Positions 56,691 to 64,000 of a DNA stretch of 64,000 nucleotides are shown here, in pieces. The stretch lies in contig NW_003314301.1 of assembly GCF_000143415.4 (NCBI RefSeq), positions 716,336-780,335 of the forward strand, written 5' to 3'. The translations under genes were made by a program, and so were the position numbers. The number at the start of each line of letters is the position of its first letter. The first letter of the stretch is position 1. Origin of the DNA: Selaginella moellendorffii (taxonomy: Eukaryota; Plantae; Lycopodiophyta). The notes beneath the pieces were generated by a model. It was given only the letters and a program-made list of their open reading frames with translations, made no database searches and was not told where the DNA came from.

Positions 56691-59011
56691 ATAGCGTGTA
56701 AAATTCAACAGACCTGAATCGAAAATTTGCCTGCAGAAAAAAAAAGTTTGTGATGAAGCAATGTGAAATAGTAAGCCTACCTGTCCACAGCCGAGAAAGA
56801 TGGTACCCATTGAGGCACATGCTGAAAGTTTTCACACACGTTTCTCTCATCAGCTCGTGAACTTGGTCAAAAGATTGCCTTGCGTCCGCAAACTTGACGA
56901 CAAAACAAAAGTCTCCATCTTTTACCCTGCAGGCCTTTGTACTGTAAGGCAACTTTTTTCTGAAAATCCAGCTGCTCCTAGCGCTCATTTCCATATCCAC
57001 CGCGCACAGCAGCTTCCTAAACAAAAAATAATGAAACAGCTGCTTTATAGAATGTAGAGTACCTCTGGCGGACCAGGTCTGCAGCAGGAAGTCCAGCCCC
57101 GAGAGCCTGTCCAGTTAAACGCTAAAGCTTAGGCAGTGGATTTCACCTTGCACCCACTCAAGATCCTTCGCAGCAGAGAAAGCCACTCCTGAGTATCCAC
57201 TACCAACGTTGTTCCAGCCATCAATTTCATTTCCATCTGCAGTTTGTAAGCAAACAAGATGTGCTGTTCTCAAAAACTAGTCAAGAAATACTTTTAAGTC
57301 ATACCTCTTCTCGCAGCCGTTTGCTGAAAACAAAAGATGAACAGCACGATCATCAAGCTCAGCCCCCAAGGAAGCCGAAATCGAGCTACCGATGGCAGTT
57401 GTCCTGGAAACCGCCAAGCCTCCGCCTTCAGCCCTTCAAAAACTCAACCAGCCAGTGACACTGAGAGCTCTTCCCGCTTCTGTCCAGATCCTCCAGGACA
57501 TGAGCGTCCCGCGCTTCTCTGCTCCCACTGCAAGCTGTATAAACCCTACTTGAAGTAACGGCTTGGAGCCACTCCTCCAAGTCGACATGGCCCTGCTTCT
57601 GCTTCATCAACCATTCCCTGTCGTTGAGGTTCCATAGCAGGCGCATGAGTGAGCAGCTCCAGAGCAATGTTCATCCACCGTTTACAAATTACAGATCGAT
57701 GTAGTTAGCTTGCTAGCTCAAAGAAGCGACTTCCCTTCAGAAAACTACACGACACGTTCGGTTCAAGATGCAAAGAACAAAGAAAGATCCTCAGTCACAA
57801 GACCAACCAAAAACCAAAAGCTTTTTCAAAATACCTTTTCAGCAGCATCAACGTGTTCAGCAGCTCTGTCATACTGCACGAGGCCAGAATAACAGAGACA
57901 TAAAGCACGCAATGCCTTCGCTCTCATGGTAGTTTCCTCTTCCGCAGGCAGGTAATGCATGGCAGCCTCGAACAATGGCTGTGGGAAGAAATCCGAGCCA
58001 CTATTACAAAAACACACCAAATGTCAGCTCTCATATAACGGTGAAATAAAAGAAATTCAGAGAAGCGCCAGACTTCTCTTGTGGATGAAAACCTCAAAAG
58101 CAAAACGAAGAACGTTTTCTCTGAAACTGTGTCGTCTCTTTGATCAAGAACGTCAAAGCGGACAGGTACACCTCCACTGCAGCCTTCTCATATGATATGA
58201 GAGCTACAAGCTCCTCCTCGGCCTCTTCGTAACGACTGAGCCCAATCAATGCCTTGATTGAAGGCCAGGAACGACGTGCTACGATGATCCAAGGAGGAAC
58301 CGAAACGCACTTCAGAACTCCCTCGAAGTTCCCATTCTGTAGCGGCCCCGCGGCAATGTACCTGAGAATTGTGAGCTTCTGGCACATCATAGTTTGCTCC
58401 TCGCTCTTGCTCTTGCACTCGGAGCAAATCCCATACGCTTGCTCTACGTAGTTGACAGATTCGGCCTTTGATTCCGAGTCATGGAGCGCCAGGAGTGATT
58501 TCCCGTAGAGAAGATATATGTCCACCAGCTCTTGATACCTCTCCAGGGAGTCTTGGAGAAAACCACGGGCCCTCTCTAGCATGCTGGAAGCTAGCGCCTT
58601 GTGTGACATCTCCCACACTGTTCTTTCTTGACCGCACAAGGCACAGATCAAACATGACCTGCTGCTCTTCCCTGGTGCCGATCGATGAGAGACGATCTCG
58701 GTGGCTCGCTCGAAGCAGCCGGCCGCGATTTGTAGTTCCGGATCTTGTGAGGTCGTGCCCGATCAAAGGAAGAATGTAACCATCTTGAGAGTGCTCGACC
58801 AACGACACCGGCCCACAAGAGCATCTCGACGAAGGCGCGCGTGGTATTCCCCCAAGGAATCCACCACTGCGCGGCCTGGCGGCTGGTAGCTTAGCTTCCA
58901 GATTTGCTGATTCCCAGAGAAGAAGCCTGCTAGGCGCTCGATCCTCCGCAGCGGATTCACAGTAGCCACATCGCCGATCCCTACATCACTAAGAACCTCC
59001 GAGATGATCAT
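56689..59011 (-). pseudogene. ZIP4: ZIP4/SPO22 meiotic TPR protein pseudogene
   Basis: IWKLSY, AAGCFERATEIVS, LTILRYIAA, LFEAAMHYLP..RAKALRALCLCYSGLVQYDRAAEHVDAAEK resemble plant ZIP4; in-frame stop at ~58763, frameshifts and deletions. Confidence 0.75.
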
Positions 59012-59082
59012 CCTGAGAGCAAGCGATCGTCGTCCAGTCCTGCGAAGCCCTAGAATATTTTCCCGCTCAACTTTGAATCCAT

Positions 59083-59192
59083 AAACCCTAACCATTTCCC
59101 GCCAGGCATGGTGCATTAATGGGCACGTGGCGATCCTAACACGTGCTACCACGTAATTGGGATTTATTCGCCAATTTAAATATTGCCACGTC
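59083..59192. promoter_or_regulatory. Telo-box and ACGT/G-box cluster in the divergent ZIP4-like / NLR intergenic region
   Basis: AAACCCTAA at ~59083; CACGTG at 59124 and 59140, CACGTA at 59150, GCCACGTC at ~59185. Confidence 0.45.
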
Positions 59193-59986
59193 TAAAAGTT
59201 TTGATAGAGCACAGGACTGACATGAGAACATGTAAGATGATAGCGACTTGCGGATTAATACGACAGCGATAGAAGGTCTCTTGGTGGGACATTGATTTAA
59301 TCTTCTCTTCTTTTGAAGGTACGCTCGTTACACGCGACGAGACTAAATCGTGCTTTACTCTTCTTTTCTTCCGTTTCTAATGGTGTCATTTAAAAAACTA
59401 GAAAAACAATGGAACTTTCATCATTTTGTATGTATGAACTAGCAAGAGAACGTAGAAGACGTTATATGCTTGTGTTGAGCAAAATACAGAGCTTGTATCC
59501 ATGGCCAGCCTCGATCCCACGGGTGTGCTGAGAGTGCTTGTTTCTGAAGCTGTCAAAGAAGTGATTAGGCTTGCCAGGTCTGCCATTCATTGCAAGGAGA
59601 AGTGCAGCGAGTTGGAAGATTCATTGACCGAAGCTTCAGGTCTGCTAGATGAAATGGACAACTATTCTACTGCTGAGGGCTCTCTGAGCTCCTCACGACT
59701 GGATACCTGGCTGAAAGCCCTCCAAGCCAAGGTTGAAGAGGCTAGACCTCTTGTTCTTGAGTGCCAGTCTCTACAAAATCCCATTCTAGATGGCATAAAG
59801 AGGTTGGTTGGTTGTGCTTCTTTTGGGATATTTCTAAATTGAGTTTGTGATTTTGTTTCAGGATAACACTTGCTACCAAGATTGACGACTGCTCTAAGGC
59901 GATCCACGAGCACTTGGTTGCAGCTCCTCGAAATCTTGACGTTGAGATTCTACATACATTGAAGAAGCAAAAGGAGGTGCCATCTA

Positions 59987-62900
59987 GGGTAACAGGCCCA
60001 ATTCTCGCACGGGTCCTTAATTCCGGCCACCCTTGGCCCAAATCTTGTCCATGTGATAAATGGAAAATTACGCGGCAATTTTTTGGCGGGTTCAATGGCA
60101 TTCTAGGTTACGATGGATTTGAGTGTGATCCAAGCATTCATAATCACAAATCTAGCCATTTAGAAGAAAAGGAACTCATTCCATTGCTCTATTTCATCTG
60201 TATTCCTGAGTTTAGAAGAGCGCTTAATAAAACTGTAGGAGCAAGAGATTTGCTAAGTTTAGCTATTCATCAAGCTGCATTTCATCATAGGGTCAAAGTA
60301 TCTCAGGAGTGGGCAAAAAAAGTGAAAAAGTTGGAAAGAACACATCAAATCTTGAGGTATGCCACTCTTTTGAAGAAGAAAAACATTCATTTCTTAATAA
60401 TTTCTTAGATCCTATCACAAGATTTACTGTTCAATCAATTACAAAGCTCAGCCAACACAATATGTGTACATGAAGCACATCGCACGCCATTTCCTTGCCT
60501 GGTCAAATGCTATAATAAGAAACCAGCATACTACAGGGCAAAAGAACACAACTTTCAAGAGCTCGTGCGCAAACATTCGCAGCTCCTAGAGGCTGTCCCA
60601 TTCTGGGCTGTCCTTGCCACAAGAGGTAACTATCTGTTTCCATTTCAGATTTTTAACTAGACTTGCTTCCAGCCCGTGGTGCAGAGAAGTCTGGCAGCTC
60701 CTGTCCCTGAAAGTGTACTTGAAAGCCAATGTCCTGGCACTGCAAAGGTAAAAGATCGTCAGGTTAAAAGAAAAAGAAATGCTTGACTTCTCTACTGTTT
60801 GTCCATGTCTTGTAAGTCAGCTTCCAGCCAAAGCATGTAGCCAGAAGCATGCGACTAGAACATGGAATGAAGAATCAATAAAGAAGGCTATGCATGAGGT
60901 GGAAGAGTGTGGCATGTCTGAAAGAAAAGCTGCTCAAGAATTCAACGTACCTCGGACGACTTTGCGAGATCGGTTAAAGGGACGCAGCATAGGACGACCA
61001 GGTCCTCCCACCATTCTTACATCATCGGAAGAAGAGTGTCTTGCATCCCTGGTGAAAGCTCGAGCTGAAATCGGTTATCCACTCACTTTCAATCAACTGA
61101 AAGATGCAGCAAAGCTGTTAGTTGCTAGTAGAGTAACTACCTGGATAGAAGGAGGACCAACTCAAAAATGGTGCAGAGGTTTTATGAAAAGACATCCAGA
61201 GATCAGTAGCAAAGTCGCTGAGGCCTTGGAGCTGCAACGAGCAAAGTCCTTGAATCAAGTAGTTGTGGCACAATTCTACAAAAACTTGGAAGCAACTTAC
61301 ACTGGAAACAACTATGAGGTAGATCACATTTGGAATGCTGACGAAACTGGCATTCAGGCTAATCGTTCTGGAGGTGTCAAAGTGTTGGCTGCTCGAGGTG
61401 CAAGATCTTGTTACCGAATCGTCCTAAACAACACAGAGCACATGACTGTTCTAGTGGCCATAAATGCAGTAGATGGATGAATACCTGGCTTTTATATCTT
61501 CAAAGGTGAGCGGAGGATGCAAAATTGGATCGTAGATTGTGAAGTTGGAGCTGCATTCGCCATCAGCAAGAAAGCCTGGATGACAGACACCTTGTGGCCA
61601 CAGTGGCTTGAACACTTTGTGAAATCAGTACCTGGTGGATGCTCGCCTACAAACCGCCATGCTCTCATTGTTGATGGCCACGGATCCCATGTCACAAAGG
61701 TTGCACTTGACACAGCAAGAATGTTAGGTGTGGATGTGATTCTTCTTCCAGCACATACTTCTCACCGCATGCAGCCATTAGACATTGCATGTTTTGGGCC
61801 ATACAAGCGTTACTTCAGGCAGTGCGTGGATGAACACACTCTTGGACATCTAGGACACGAAGTCAATTGTCGAGATCTCGCACAATTATCCAGTAGAGCC
61901 ATGGCTATGGCTCTGACACCTGCAAACATCCAATCTGGTTTTAGAGCAAGTGGTTTATGGCCATTGAACAAGAATGCTATGGACACTCACTTTGGTCCAA
62001 GTACACTCCATGCAGTATCTCTCGACGACTTTGAAGCAAACTTTGAAAACAGTTTGGAGCTGGGAGACCAAGAGGTCAGCAGCCACCTCAATCATGAGCA
62101 GCCTGAACAGCATGAGGATCCAGTGCAGGCTGAGGTCCATCTACAACATCCAGTGCAGCCTGAGCAGCAAGCAAGCAGTGATCGTGACCAACTTGAGCAT
62201 CCTGAACTTCCTAGACAACTTGAGCAGCTAGGTAAAAAACACTTCTCAATTCTCATTCACTTACAACTTTGTTTCCCAGGAGCTTCACTAGAGCATCAAA
62301 TTGAGCACCGTGAGCAACACGTGGATGTGCCTGGATGGCAATCAGAAAACAACAGGGTGGCATACCTGCATGCAAAATTATTTTCAGGGGTGCAGAGTCG
62401 TCCTCGACTTGGACTAGTGTTGCAAGCTAGTGCTGGAACTGTTTTAACAAGTCCAGAATTCACTAGTGTTGTTGAAGCAATTGCCACTGCAAAAGAAGCA
62501 CATGAGAAGCAGAAAAAATTGGAAGCAATTGAAAGGGCTGCAAGGAAAAAAGAAAGAGAAGAAGCAACAATAAAAAAGAAAGAAGCAGCAGCCATCAAAA
62601 AAAAGGAGAGGGAAGAAGCAGCAGCCAGAAAAGCTGAAGCAACAGAGAAGAAAAAATTGGAAGCCTTGAAAAAAAAGAGGGAGAAAGAAGAGGAAGCAAT
62701 GAGAAAAAAAAATAAGAGAAAAAATGAAGTCTTGGAATCTCTAATGCCAAGCAAACACCAAAAGCAGAGGTAATGAATTTGCTTGTTTTCACTCTAATAT
62801 CTTTGGGCTTGCTTGTAGTTACCTGGAGAATGTCATTGTCCCACGCCGCCCTCGCTCCTCCTCGCGGCAACAAATGGACGATGTTAGGGCCATTGACAGA

Positions 62901-63139
62901 CAAAAAATTGGGCCATAAACGGACGGATATTGGGCCATAAATGGACGGACTTAGGATAAGTTTAGACTTTTGGTAATGAGCGGTTTTTAAGATTTTGTGA
63001 GTAGTTTTTTCTAAAAATTAGTTTATAAGCAGTAAATCATATAAACTTTTATATTATACCTTTACGTACAAAAATTATATTTAATAAATGAATTCTTACA
63101 TTATTTTATTAACCCTGGCGGAAATTGGGCCCGTTACCC
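59987..63139 (+). mobile_element. pogo/Fot1-type (Tc1-mariner superfamily) DNA transposon, 3153 bp
   Basis: Imperfect TIRs GGGTAACAGGCCCAATTCTCGCACGGGT / GGGTAACGGGCCCAATTTCCGCCAGGGT; TA on both flanks; subterminal TTGGGCCATAAAYGGACGGA tandem at ~62908-62950. Confidence 0.93.
60779..62773 (+). pseudogene. DDE_1 transposase (HTH_psq + CENP-B HTH + DDD core) with one in-frame stop at 61478-61480
   Basis: AAQEFNVPRTTLRDRL, WCRGFMKRHP, WNADETG, DGHGSH, LPAHTSHRMQPLD; ORFs 60779 and 61517 are in the same frame. Confidence 0.92.
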
Positions 63140-64000
63140 TAATGTGGTTCCACAGGAAGAACAGCATGTTGTTCCTCTGGATAAGCACATTTTCGGCATG
63201 GAAGAGACGCTGGAGCGGGTTGTATCAGACTTGCTGAGGTCCCCTGCAAGCAGCAAGTGGGTTGGAGTCCATGGAGCAGGAGGTGCTGGAAAAACACTCC
63301 TGGCCAAACGAGTATGTGACAACGATCAAGTCAAGGGGTGTTTTGATCCAGTTTTGTGGCTAACATTCGGTCAGTCGGTTCAGGTACGTTCCTTAAGCGT
63401 ATAATGCAACATATTGAGGGGCTATGGTTGTATCTCCTCAGGTGGAAGCAAAGCAACACGAACTTGCCAAAAGAATCGGACTAGAAGGTGATCAGATCAG
63501 CAATGAAACACTGGGGAGGGGGCTTGTTGGGAAGAGATGCTTGCTGGTGTTGGATGATGTCTGGAAGTCCATCCATTTGGATCTCTTGGATGTGGTGCAA
63601 GAGAATGGAAGCAAGATCTTCATTACCACTCGAAAACGTGATGTGCTTGACAGTAGAGGTGCAATCAAAACCGAAATGGGGCTCTTGGGAAAGGAGGACA
63701 GCATGAAGTTGTTCGCAGTCCACGCATTCCCAAACCAAAATCATGCTCAAGTCAGCAAGGCAGTGGTGGAGCAAGTTGTGGAAAAGTGTGGGGGGCTTCC
63801 ACTGGTCTTGAAGGTAATTGGCAGAAGAATGGCAGCCACACAAGATTGGGACTATGTTCTGAGCAAACTCAAGGATCAGCAACTTCTTGCTCTTGATGAG
63901 GAACAACAGGTACTGCACCGACTCAAGCTGGGTTATGATGCATTGTTGCCTCTTCGCATCCAGCAGCACTTTCTCTTCTTTGCAGCGTTTCCAGAAGACT

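Larger units (their letters stand above)
59501..64000 (+). pseudogene. RPW8-NB-ARC (RNL-type) NLR gene interrupted by a DNA transposon; continues past the window end
   Basis: RPW8-like helical N-terminus (59501-59986); after the element, P-loop GAGGAGKT, kinase-2 LLVLDDVW, RNBS-B IFITTR, GLPL and LGYDAL. Confidence 0.87.

Noticed and set aside
62296-62754. Hydrophobic minus-strand ORF resembling a membrane protein
   Set aside because: It is the antisense shadow of the K/E-rich transposase tail.
1-64000. CRISPR array, rRNA or prokaryotic operon
   Set aside because: No regularly spaced repeats or rRNA motifs; spliceosomal introns throughout show eukaryotic nuclear DNA. The many overlapping short ORFs are shadows of GC-rich genes.

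Overview
Gene-dense eukaryotic (land-plant) nuclear DNA. Very short GT-AG introns (mostly ~50-70 nt), tiny intergenic gaps and many PLS/SS-type PPR genes fit a lycophyte such as Selaginella, which is inferred rather than proven. The first ~17 kb is a tandem segmental duplication of a kinase / xyloglucan fucosyltransferase / PPR / D-cysteine desulfhydrase block, with one copy decayed and scrambled by nested micro-inversions. Conserved genes include an LRR-RLK, tRNA-Tyr (with intron), a mitochondrial dicarboxylate carrier, TRM1, PPR and PPR-DYW genes, a ubiquitin-specific protease, a dirigent-like gene, DPE2, tRNA-His, a YjbQ/UPF0047 gene and a JAZ. Between them sit intronless genes unusual for plants: a Fic-domain (AMPylase-motif) protein abutting the tRNA-Tyr, a Ubl-like + STAND-NTPase + eroded REase-like protein resembling Crinkler/RHS-type (CR) proteins, and a secreted chimeric bulb-lectin. 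The window also holds a tandem pair of atypical TALE homeobox genes, a decayed LTR element and a ZIP4/SPO22 pseudogene. It ends in an RPW8-NB-ARC (RNL) immune receptor gene split between its RPW8 and NB-ARC domains by a full-length pogo/Fot1-type DDE transposon with TIRs and a TA duplication. All calls come from reading the sequence and ORF track, and no database searches were run.
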